From a virus (Duplodnaviria > Heunggongvirae > Uroviricota > Caudoviricetes): a stretch of 25,579 bases of DNA. Below the pieces are notes generated by a model, which saw nothing but the letters and a program-made list of their open reading frames with translations, did not search any database and was not told the origin of the DNA. Every line of letters starts with the position of its first letter. Position 1 is the first letter of the stretch. This document shows, piece by piece, positions 11,056 through 19,075 of this stretch. The stretch lies in the IMG/VR virus record IMGVR_UViG_2531839131_000011, one strand, 5' to 3'. Made by a program: the position numbers and the translations under genes.

Positions 11056-11115
11056 AAGGCCCATTCCGGGCCACTTTTCAGAATAACGCCAATCGCTGTC
11101 GCCGCTTTCTCAATA

Positions 11116-11550
11116 TCATTCCGGCACCGCAGCCACTCGCCCCCGTTCTTGCGTCAGCGATGCCGCCACAGCCATGTCGTGCATCTCTGTGGCCAGCGAC
11201 AGACGCTGGAAGTCATCGACGGACAGCTTGCGCATCAGCGCCAGCGATAACGGGCCTTTGATGCAGCCCACGCTGGCAATCTGTCGGCGCAGCATTTCCA
11301 GTCCCATCCGGGACGGGGAACTGACCAGCACCGGGCCTTCCTTGCTCATTACCAGCTTTTCAGCCGCCGCCTGGGCATCAATCAGATCGCCTGCGGTCAG
11401 TTCACGCAGTGTCACGTCATACTGCATTTCAGTCTCGTCACCGGTGCCGAACGCCAGGCCGTCTTTCAGTTTCAGGCCACCGGACTGAAGCTCAGCCACA
11501 ATACTGTCACGCAGTTCCTGTGCTTCAGGACTTAAATTCATTTCGTCCAT
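11116..11550 (-). CDS. Tail assembly chaperone (Mu gp41-like)
   Basis: 144 aa, acidic. Sits between tube and tape measure. Good Shine-Dalgarno (AGGGGAAACA) before ATG 11550. Confidence 0.5.
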   Translation of the reverse strand: MDEMNLSPEAQELRDSIVAELQSGGLKLKDGLAFGTGDETEMQYDVTLRELTAGDLIDAQAAAEKLVMSKEGPVLVSSPSRMGLEMLRRQIASVGCIKGPLSLALMRKLSVDDFQRLSLATEMHDMAVAASLTQERGRVAAVPE

Positions 11551-11559
11551 TGTTTCCCC

Positions 11560-11916
11560 TTATGCAATGCGTTTGCTTTTTTTTGCCGTCAGTACCAGCG
11601 AAATTTCGCCGCCGTCGTTTTTCGGTTCATCCGCCTGCCAGGCATTCGCCAGCATCCAGGTTTCACCGGTATCAGCCTGGAATTCGACGGTGATGTTTTC
11701 CCAGTCGATAATTTCATCCAGCCCGATGGGACCGCCCCCCGGAATTTTGCATTCCACTTTTGCGGCACGTGGTTTACCTTTCCAGCCATAAACCCGCGAG
11801 CCGGTCACTTCTTCACGGGTGGTGCCGGAAGGCGTGAAGGAGGCACCTTCCATTGATTCAAGCTCCATGCCATTGACACGGATGAACGCCACCCCCTGAC
11901 GCTGATTTCCAGCCAT
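11560..11916 (-). CDS. M: Tail tube protein
   Basis: 118 aa, immediately downstream of the sheath gene. AAGGAG Shine-Dalgarno. Confidence 0.7.
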   Translation of the reverse strand: MAGNQRQGVAFIRVNGMELESMEGASFTPSGTTREEVTGSRVYGWKGKPRAAKVECKIPGGGPIGLDEIIDWENITVEFQADTGETWMLANAWQADEPKNDGGEISLVLTAKKSKRIA

Positions 11917-11925
11917 AAATGCTCC

Positions 11926-13425
11926 TTACAGAATGAACTGAACTTGTGCCGCGAAAATGCGGAACTGGTTAATCAGATTCGGGCCGCACAGCACATCAAG
12001 ACGGTCTTTGTCGTCCTTGTTACGTGCCACATACAGCTCCTCTTTGAACGTGTCGAAATCCTCGACCAGTCCGGCGTTTTCCCATTCTTCAAACAGTGCC
12101 AGCAGCTCCGTTTTGATCACGGATGGCGTCACCACGGCCTGACCGGTGGCAAAGCGGGTGCCATCACTTGCCAGCTTGTGGTTCGGGAATTTCTGCGTGA
12201 TGCGGGTTCGCAGCGAATAACGCAGATAACTCAGCGTGGCGATGGTATTCACGTTCAGATAAGACGGATCGCTGTCACCATACTTGTTCGTGCGGTACAT
12301 CGTGATCATGCGTTCAATCTGCATTTCACCACCATCATTCACGTTAAACGTGGAGATGCCGTCAAACAGCAGCGCATTACGTTCTGACCAGGTGAAACGA
12401 TCCCCCACCGCAGGCGGCATTCTTCCGGGCAACGTCAGCGTCTGGAGTGGACGCGCCGGGTCGATGGAAAGCGCCTGGCTGGCAACGGCACACAGGGTGG
12501 CGGCGTACAGATATGACGGTTCCGGTGCATCGGCAATCCCCATACAGGAAATCAGATGGTCATTACGTCTGACACCAAACGTGGAAATATCCCCATACGT
12601 GCCGGACAGCACTGTCACGGCAAAGCCATCAGCCTGACTGACCGGTCCCCAGCGTTCCTGCAATTCAGTGCGTAACAGATTCAGGTTCGGTTCATCGGTA
12701 TAGGGCATCACAATATATTTGTATTGCAGATCGCCCATTCCCGCGATACTTGCGCTGATATCCGGGTTGATGTATTTCCGGGATTCGGCTTTGAATGCCG
12801 TGATAATCCCGTAAGGGGTGGTTTCACCCGCGTAATAGTTCCAGCGCACATCCACGGCAGATAATGCACCCGTAAATTTTGCAGTCAGAACTATATCTGT
12901 AGCGCCGGCATCATCCGGCGTGGTTGAGAGCAATACTGCCTTCACCGGCAAATCAGGATGACCGTTGATTCGGTCAGTCAGCAGGCCAGCCAGCTTCGAT
13001 CCCTTGGTACCTGCTGCGACGGATACCGCCAGTCGCTGACCGGCAATGTAAGTCACAAGCGAGCCGTTTTCGGTTGCCGTTCCTGACAGTGTGATCATAC
13101 CGACAGTAGTTTTAGAGATAGTATTACCGGGGTTTTTCGCCTGCGGAATACACCACAGCTCCGCCACGCGGTTAGCTTTCAGGAATGCATCTGCCATCAG
13201 TGCCAGCATGGAACCCTGACCAAACGCCGCACTGGCCTGTGAGCCGGAACGGATACGGACAGGCACGTCTGGTGCCGCACTGGCCCCCTTATTGCTTTGC
13301 CCGAACATCAGCACGCGCTGACGGGGGGCCGGTGTTCCGCTGACGGCATTACTGTTATCAAATTCGATATACGCCAGAGGAACGCGAACATCTGGCGGGA
13401 TCGCGTTAAATGAAATATCGCTCAT
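11926..13425 (-). CDS. L: Contractile tail sheath protein
   Basis: 499 aa. N-terminus [25 protein letters not shown] is typical of Mu-type sheath proteins. GGAG Shine-Dalgarno. Confidence 0.85.
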   Translation of the reverse strand: MSDISFNAIPPDVRVPLAYIEFDNSNAVSGTPAPRQRVLMFGQSNKGASAAPDVPVRIRSGSQASAAFGQGSMLALMADAFLKANRVAELWCIPQAKNPGNTISKTTVGMITLSGTATENGSLVTYIAGQRLAVSVAAGTKGSKLAGLLTDRINGHPDLPVKAVLLSTTPDDAGATDIVLTAKFTGALSAVDVRWNYYAGETTPYGIITAFKAESRKYINPDISASIAGMGDLQYKYIVMPYTDEPNLNLLRTELQERWGPVSQADGFAVTVLSGTYGDISTFGVRRNDHLISCMGIADAPEPSYLYAATLCAVASQALSIDPARPLQTLTLPGRMPPAVGDRFTWSERNALLFDGISTFNVNDGGEMQIERMITMYRTNKYGDSDPSYLNVNTIATLSYLRYSLRTRITQKFPNHKLASDGTRFATGQAVVTPSVIKTELLALFEEWENAGLVEDFDTFKEELYVARNKDDKDRLDVLCGPNLINQFRIFAAQVQFIL

Positions 13426-13431
13426 TTCGAT

Positions 13432-13662
13432 TTACTCCGTTTTTTTCAGCGCAGCGTCGGTATCATCCGCCGTGTTTTCGGTGCTCCCGACTTCAACCAC
13501 ATCAGTGTTTTCGGTGCTCCCGACTTCAACCACATCACCGGCTACAAGGCGACGTATCCAGAAACTGTTACGGGGCTTTTCTTCTCCCTCAGGCGCCAGT
13601 AATTCCATCGTGAGCGGGTCACGGATGGTTTTTCCCTCTGCGGGTTTAATTTTCAGCATCAT
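13432..13662 (-). CDS. Small neck-region protein (Mu gp38-like) carrying an 11-aa tandem duplication
   Basis: 76 aa. Contains DVVEVGSTENT twice, encoded by a perfect 33-bp duplication at 13472-13537. Confidence 0.5.
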   Translation of the reverse strand: MMLKIKPAEGKTIRDPLTMELLAPEGEEKPRNSFWIRRLVAGDVVEVGSTENTDVVEVGSTENTADDTDAALKKTE

Positions 13663-14194
13663 TATCCTTTTCCTGATTCACATTGATATGTGCGGCAAAT
13701 TCCGGGGTTTCGGCCGGGAGTTTCCAGGTCTGCCAGTGACGCTCGTAATCATCCAGCGAATCCATGTCCACCACGGACGGCAGCGGGGTAGTGCCACTCA
13801 ACAGAACGCCGTAAAGCACCACGCCGGCATTGATACGGTTGTCGTCACAAAGATTTCTGACCTGCGTCAGTCTCATCCCGGTGGTCTGGCCAAACGTCTG
13901 ACCGTTAACACCGGCAATCAGTCGCTCCACAATCTGATAAATACCGGGCCGGTTTACCGGTTCCCCGTTCAGCAACTCCGCCACGACAAAAAATGCCCAG
14001 CGACTTTCAACTTCCCGACGCGTACGCCCCTCACCACAGCCCATCCATGCCAGAAATACCGATGGCGGGGCCAGAAAGAGACGGTGTACATCCTCGTTAG
14101 TCCATGTGCCGGTAAGGGGTTCCACCTGCCGCAGGGTTGCCCCAAACAACTCACGAACGCGCGCCAGCAGTGCGGCTTCGGTTTCTTCCAGCAT
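13646..14194 (-). CDS. Tail completion/neck protein (Mu gp37-like)
   Basis: 182 aa. ATGA overlap with the upstream gene. Synteny. Confidence 0.5.
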   Translation of the reverse strand: MLEETEAALLARVRELFGATLRQVEPLTGTWTNEDVHRLFLAPPSVFLAWMGCGEGRTRREVESRWAFFVVAELLNGEPVNRPGIYQIVERLIAGVNGQTFGQTTGMRLTQVRNLCDDNRINAGVVLYGVLLSGTTPLPSVVDMDSLDDYERHWQTWKLPAETPEFAAHINVNQEKDNDAEN

Positions 14195-14619
14195 CAGATA
14201 AACCCCTTCTGTTTTCGTGAAAAAACAGGTGGATCAGACTGAACCTGCACAAGATCCTCTCCCTCCGGAGAGGCTGCCGTCCTGCTTTCCACACCCGGAT
14301 CTGTTTTGCCATCACGTACCTGTTCCAGCCAGCGCACCGTGTCCCTGTAGGCAGCGGTGATCTGCTCGGTGGGTTGTGATTCATTCAGATAAAACCAGGC
14401 CACCACGCAACACTGCCGTTTCAGCAGTGAGGGGACGACGGTAAGCGGCAGAACAAAGCGCGCGGCGAGATAGCCATCAATAAAGGCCGAGGCATCTGCC
14501 AGTGCCTGTTCTGCCACGGCATCATCCGGCTGCCCGTCCGCTGTTTTAGGGCGGGTGAGAATATCCAGCCGCGTACGTGTATAGCGGGCGCACAGGTCAT
14601 TTACCGTCGCGTAATTCAT
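14194..14619 (-). CDS. Head-tail connector/head completion protein (Mu gp36-like)
   Basis: 141 aa. ATGA overlap. Synteny. Confidence 0.5.
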   Translation of the reverse strand: MNYATVNDLCARYTRTRLDILTRPKTADGQPDDAVAEQALADASAFIDGYLAARFVLPLTVVPSLLKRQCCVVAWFYLNESQPTEQITAAYRDTVRWLEQVRDGKTDPGVESRTAASPEGEDLVQVQSDPPVFSRKQKGFI

Positions 14620-15026
14620 GCATCCGCCTCAGCCAGCGCCGCTTTGATTTGCGCACTGCTCACCGGTTCCCCCAGCGCCGCACTGACGGCTTTCACTTTG
14701 GGTTCTCCCCCTGCGGTAAAGTGTTCCGGGTTTGCCTTATCCAGACCGGCAAGGGTCGCACGGATACGGGCGTTCAGATCGCCCACACCCAGAACGTCCA
14801 GCCCCCCAGCCTCAGCGAGCGTTTCTGCTGACGATGCAGATACCACAGACAGCACGCTGTCGGCACGAATGATCGCCAGTTGTTCTTCGGTGACTTCCAC
14901 GGTGTTTTCGCCACGTGTAAAGGCGATTCCGGCGCGGCGGTAGACCGGACGAAGGCATTTAATAATCGCCGTGCAAGTGATGCGAGAAGTGTCCAGCCGT
15001 TGTGAATTAAGCGAAGTCCCTGACAT
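14616..15026 (-). CDS. Head protein (Mu gp35-like)
   Basis: 136 aa. Strong GGAGGAG Shine-Dalgarno 8 nt before ATG 15026. First gene after the capsid terminator hairpin. Confidence 0.45.
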   Translation of the reverse strand: MSGTSLNSQRLDTSRITCTAIIKCLRPVYRRAGIAFTRGENTVEVTEEQLAIIRADSVLSVVSASSAETLAEAGGLDVLGVGDLNARIRATLAGLDKANPEHFTAGGEPKVKAVSAALGEPVSSAQIKAALAEADA

Positions 15027-15060
15027 AACACATGCTCCTCCTTTTCCTTTAAATCAGGTT

Positions 15061-15084
15061 AAAAGGCGGTCTGAACCGCCTTTT
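15061..15084 (-). terminator. Hairpin terminator/attenuator just downstream of the major capsid gene
   Basis: Perfect 10-bp stem aaaaggcggt / accgcctttt with 4-nt loop ctga, flanked by A and T tracts, 9 nt after the capsid stop. Confidence 0.6.
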
Positions 15085-15092
15085 AATGACGG

Positions 15093-16010
15093 TTACAGGT
15101 AGTCAGCGACAACCAGTTGCAGCTTGCCCTTCATCTCGTTGGAGACGGTGGTATTGCCATCCGCGAACAGTTCACGGTTAAGCAGTTGCTCTGCGGCTTT
15201 TTCCAGCCCGACCGGTACAACGATATGCGTCGGCTTCAGGCCCAGCTTCTTACCGCCATCACCTTCAAAAGAGCGCATCAGTTGCCAGCCCTTCCAGAGG
15301 TTATCCAGCGTCAGATCGCCTTTTACCGCGACAGCCATCTGCCAGAAGCCGTAACCGGCAGCACGCCGGGCGCTGGCACCAAACAGGAACTCGTTATCCA
15401 TAAAAACGTGGTCGTCATCGATACGGGTACGTGCGACCAGTTCGGGTTTGCGGCGCTCCTGGAAAATCAGCGGTTTGACTGCGCGGGAGCAGTCCAGCAG
15501 ATAGAACGGCAGACCACTGAAGCTGTCCTGTTCAACGATGTTGGAGGTATTCTTTACGTCGCCCGTGCCGTCCACATTCGGATATACCGGATGCTCCTTG
15601 TCGAAGAAGTTCTGACCGTCATAGCAGTGCTGGGTAAAGCCATCTTTCAGAAGTTTAAAAATCAGCTCATCCGGCTGAACTGCCGCAGAACGCCCCATCT
15701 CCTGAAAAATCGGCGCATAAATACCCAGATTGTCATCCTCGAAGTCATCACGGGAAATACCCACGGTGCCTTCAAACGTTTTATTGGCGATGGAGTAGCC
15801 ATGCGCTTGCATTTGCTGAATGGTTCGCTTACCCACCCATTCTTTCAGGGTCGGGAATTTACCCAGCCAGCCATAGGTATTGCTGCGGGTGGAAGAGTTC
15901 ACCACCATTGCAATTCTGCTGTACTGCGACGGGGCGTCTTCAAGACCGCCCTGAAAATCCTTACGCCAGGAGGTCATCAGGGCTTTAATGGATGCCGGGG
16001 TGACAATCAT
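15093..16010 (-). CDS. T: Major capsid protein
   Basis: 305 aa. Size and position (after protease/scaffold) and sequence are typical of the Mu T family. ATGA overlap with I. Confidence 0.85.
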   Translation of the reverse strand: MIVTPASIKALMTSWRKDFQGGLEDAPSQYSRIAMVVNSSTRSNTYGWLGKFPTLKEWVGKRTIQQMQAHGYSIANKTFEGTVGISRDDFEDDNLGIYAPIFQEMGRSAAVQPDELIFKLLKDGFTQHCYDGQNFFDKEHPVYPNVDGTGDVKNTSNIVEQDSFSGLPFYLLDCSRAVKPLIFQERRKPELVARTRIDDDHVFMDNEFLFGASARRAAGYGFWQMAVAVKGDLTLDNLWKGWQLMRSFEGDGGKKLGLKPTHIVVPVGLEKAAEQLLNRELFADGNTTVSNEMKGKLQLVVADYL

Positions 16011-17092
16011 TTTTCTTGTTCCTGTTTCATTTTCAGATACTCAGCCTCAGTAATGCCGAGCGCCTTCACTGCTGCCTGTTCATCAGCAGACAGCACCGCC
16101 ACCGCCGGTTTTTCCTGTGACGGTTTTTTCGCTGTGGTGGTCTGCATGGCAGATAACGCAGCGATGGGCTGTTTTTCCTCAAGCTGTGCCGACAGTGCCG
16201 CCACGCCAATCTGACCGCCAAGCTGTTCCAGGTAAGTGCGTTCGCTTTTGAAAATGCGGCCTTCCTGTTCCGCCTTGTCCAGAACGGCGCTCAGGCTGGC
16301 TGCGGCGCTTTGTGCAGTCGCCTGTGCCAGTTCATCACGCAGGGCGTTGTAGCTTTCCACCGGGACGTATTTCGTCAGGTCAACGGCGGCTTTCTGTGCC
16401 TTTTCCAGTTCGGCGGATAACGACGCCACTTTTCCGGCATCTGTTTCGAGCGCATCAAGCGCACTCAGGGCCGCACTGGCCTGTTCATCGGTGATGTCTG
16501 CATTTTCGGGGACCGTCACTCCAAGACGCGCAAGCAGCTTGCGCAGCGTTTCATTCATGGGTTTGTTCTCCTGTTGAAGGATGTCGGGAAGGTCTGCCGC
16601 CAGTGCGGTCAGCTTTTTCATGCCGGTGGCACCGGGGTCATTGGTCAGCGCAGCAAGGCGGATTTGCAGCACCGCACCGGTGGCGGTGTCATACGGAAAA
16701 ACCGCAGAGAGATAACCAAATTCGCCGTCATCGATGCGCTGCTGCGCCGCCGCCGTCCAGCGTGGGTGGATAAATAATCCTTCACCTTCACGCCACTGCA
16801 TTTCATCGGCGTTAAACCAGCCAGCCGCGACGAGTTGTTCCGGGGGTAATCCTTTGTCCTTACGTAGCTGGTTATGCTCGTAATCAATCAGTACGTCCTG
16901 GTTGAGCGCGCGAACGCCTTCAACCAGACGCCCGGCAATCTCACCGTCGATGAACCACCCCTGACCACCTGTCACATCAAACGGGCGACCATCACGGGCA
17001 CTGAAATGACCGGCAGGCAATAGCTGGCACCAGCCGTCATCGTCAATGGACAGCGCACTCAGTGCGGCAATGCCAATCGCGTGTTTTTTCAT
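16007..17092 (-). CDS. I: Head maturation protease / scaffold protein I
   Basis: 361 aa. N-terminal protease-like half and Ala/Gln/Glu-rich coiled-coil C-terminal half. First gene after the G-I gap. Confidence 0.8.
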   Translation of the reverse strand: MKKHAIGIAALSALSIDDDGWCQLLPAGHFSARDGRPFDVTGGQGWFIDGEIAGRLVEGVRALNQDVLIDYEHNQLRKDKGLPPEQLVAAGWFNADEMQWREGEGLFIHPRWTAAAQQRIDDGEFGYLSAVFPYDTATGAVLQIRLAALTNDPGATGMKKLTALAADLPDILQQENKPMNETLRKLLARLGVTVPENADITDEQASAALSALDALETDAGKVASLSAELEKAQKAAVDLTKYVPVESYNALRDELAQATAQSAAASLSAVLDKAEQEGRIFKSERTYLEQLGGQIGVAALSAQLEEKQPIAALSAMQTTTAKKPSQEKPAVAVLSADEQAAVKALGITEAEYLKMKQEQEK

Positions 17093-17109
17093 GTCCTGCT
17101 GCTCATCAT

Positions 17110-17147
17110 GGTTTGTGAGCAGTCAGTTTGCGGGAGGTGCGGGAAAA
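17110..17147 (-). promoter_or_regulatory. Candidate C-dependent late promoter P-I
   Basis: Minus strand CCCGCACCTCCCGC AAACT GACTGC about 25-55 nt upstream of the I start. Same CCCGCACCT...GACTGC element as upstream of lys. Confidence 0.45.
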
Positions 17148-17288
17148 TCTGGGGTTATGCTATTTGAGTACTGGAGAAAGAAAGTGGAAGGAAGATAAAA
17201 CGGGATTCATACACCGTTAAATACCGGTTTAAAAATCCCGTGGCGCGTTTTAAAAAATCTGTGCAGCTGATTTTATGCCTGATTCTGT
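17148..17288. other. Non-coding G-I spacer; candidate strong gyrase site
   Basis: Largest non-coding gap in the operon. Relatively AT-rich. Position matches the Mu genome centre, where a strong gyrase site between G and I has been described. Confidence 0.4.
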
Positions 17289-17759
17289 TTATTGCCTCAG
17301 AGCGGCGCTGACGCGTTTTCTGATGGCATCAAAAATTTCCTGTTCCCCGGTCTTATCCAGCCCCATATAAGGACGCGCAGGAACGCCTGCCGGGCGGGGT
17401 GCCATATCGGGTGTACCGCCCCACTGATGAATGGCAGCATAAATTTTTGGCGAACCAATCAGGGCATAATCCTGTCCATAATCGGTGGTAATACTGCGTG
17501 CCAGATCGCCATGCAGGGTAAGAATACTGCCCGGAACAAAACCATGATCCTGACGCCATGTCTGCCACGAATCGCTCCATGCTTCCCAGCCTTTCCCTGT
17601 ATCCGGGTCTGCCTGCCGTTCAAATGCCTGTTCCGTGGATGACAGCAGCGCCGCAGACATCACACGGGGAATGGCGCGGTCACGTGTGACGGTTCCCAGT
17701 TCATCCAGCGCAAGCTGAATACGTCGCACATCCACGGCAACGTTCATATCAAGACTCAC
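17289..17759 (-). CDS. G: Virion morphogenesis protein G (Mu gp31-like)
   Basis: 156 aa. GTG start at 17759 with GGAGG Shine-Dalgarno 7 nt upstream, overlapping the F stop. Confidence 0.55.
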   Translation of the reverse strand: MSLDMNVAVDVRRIQLALDELGTVTRDRAIPRVMSAALLSSTEQAFERQADPDTGKGWEAWSDSWQTWRQDHGFVPGSILTLHGDLARSITTDYGQDYALIGSPKIYAAIHQWGGTPDMAPRPAGVPARPYMGLDKTGEQEIFDAIRKRVSAALRQ

Positions 17760-19075
17760 TTATTCACCTCCACATGCCCCTCCAGTACGTCAATCATCCC
17801 GTCAGCAATCGCGGCTTCAAGCGACTGTGCAGATACGCGGCTGATACTGACCAGCACATCCGCCCGGTCATTCTGTTTGCTGACAGCCTGCGATGTTCTG
17901 ACCACAACTTTTGCAGTGCCGTCGCGGGTTGCCACAACATACAGCAACTGGTGGTTCTCCCTGTCCCACAATACCGCCTGTGGTTTTGCCATCAGCGACG
18001 GCAGACGCTGTAAATCTTCCGGTTTCAGGGCGGCATCAGCAGTGGTCGCCAGACTTTTCCCGTTCATCACAAGCAGACGGGCTGGCATATTCCCGGTGCG
18101 CTGATGTACGGCTTCAGCCACGGATCCCGTCATAAAACCCAGCGCCCGGATTTCATGACCGGTCTGATGTGATCCTGCCAGGCGTTTAAGCCAGAGGGAA
18201 AAAGCAAGCTGACGCTCCCGGCTGTTATTCAGCGTCTGCACAACCTGCTCACGCAGCTGCGCGTCGTGAATTTCCACCAGTTTTCGAATCAGTGCCTGAT
18301 CCGTACCAAAAGCTGCCGAACCGGGGTTATATGACCAGCCCACATCCGGCGTCATTTTTACCTGACCGTTGTCAAACGTGGTTGACGATGTGCGGAAAAT
18401 CTCGCCGGTGCTTTCATCCGTACCGGCATCCACTTCGCGGGTATTCATGAATGACGCACCATAACTGACCTGTAGCCCCAGTTCTTTCATGCGGGCCGCA
18501 GACAGCGCCCGGACGCGACAGCGGCAGCGCCAGCCGTTCGGCGGGTAATGCGTCTGCCAGAAAATGTCGTCATACCGGAAAACCACATTGTGCAGCCGCG
18601 CATGTTCCGGGCGCGTTCTGCTGTCCATAACGGCGACATACTGCCAGTACGGATACAGGTCCGCCGTGTTCATCATCTGCGCATAACGTCCCGCCGCATA
18701 TGCTGTACGGGTGTTGACGTCATAAATGGTTGCCAGACGACGCGGACTGCCCAGCTCAATTTTCTTCGCGTTTCCGTCTGTATCCACGATGATTTGTTTT
18801 CCCCACCATCCGAGTTTTTGCAGCCGGGGGGCCAGTGTGCGGGTAAATTCCTCACGGGTGATACCTTCACTGACAGCCCGCTCCACTTCCTCACGGATTG
18901 TGGTCAGTACATCCATCCGGGTGGCTTTGGCAACGGTAAAGGCGCGGGCGTGCGCGTCTGCCAGTTGTTCGTACCAGTTCCAGGTGATGTTGTAGCCTTT
19001 GGCGCGGAAATACGCGACAGCCTCCTTTGGCGGGAGGCGTGCGGCATACGCCAGATCAATGGTCTGCTGCGGCAT
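17756..19075 (-). CDS. F: Head morphogenesis protein F (Mu gp30-like)
   Basis: About 439 aa from ATG 19075. The ORF-track start at 19111 is a GTG with no Shine-Dalgarno. Lies just after the portal gene. Confidence 0.65.
   Translation of the reverse strand: MPQQTIDLAYAARLPPKEAVAYFRAKGYNITWNWYEQLADAHARAFTVAKATRMDVLTTIREEVERAVSEGITREEFTRTLAPRLQKLGWWGKQIIVDTDGNAKKIELGSPRRLATIYDVNTRTAYAAGRYAQMMNTADLYPYWQYVAVMDSRTRPEHARLHNVVFRYDDIFWQTHYPPNGWRCRCRVRALSAARMKELGLQVSYGASFMNTREVDAGTDESTGEIFRTSSTTFDNGQVKMTPDVGWSYNPGSAAFGTDQALIRKLVEIHDAQLREQVVQTLNNSRERQLAFSLWLKRLAGSHQTGHEIRALGFMTGSVAEAVHQRTGNMPARLLVMNGKSLATTADAALKPEDLQRLPSLMAKPQAVLWDRENHQLLYVVATRDGTAKVVVRTSQAVSKQNDRADVLVSISRVSAQSLEAAIADGMIDVLEGHVEVNK

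Noticed and set aside
10972-11064. 31-residue N-terminal extension of the tape-measure ORF
   Set aside because: Non-protein-like sequence (MGLVSPAVPLFPALPAG...), no Shine-Dalgarno, and it overlaps the promoter-like element. ATG 10971 preferred.
13472-14242. 256-aa plus-strand ORF starting at the 33-bp repeat
   Set aside because: Antisense to two coupled minus-strand genes. Its N-terminus is just the reverse reading of the tandem repeat.
15117-16214. 365-aa plus-strand ORF antisense to the major capsid and protease/scaffold genes
   Set aside because: Lies entirely opposite well-supported minus-strand genes, has low-complexity composition, no Shine-Dalgarno, and spans the capsid terminator. 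Typical GC-rich antisense artefact.
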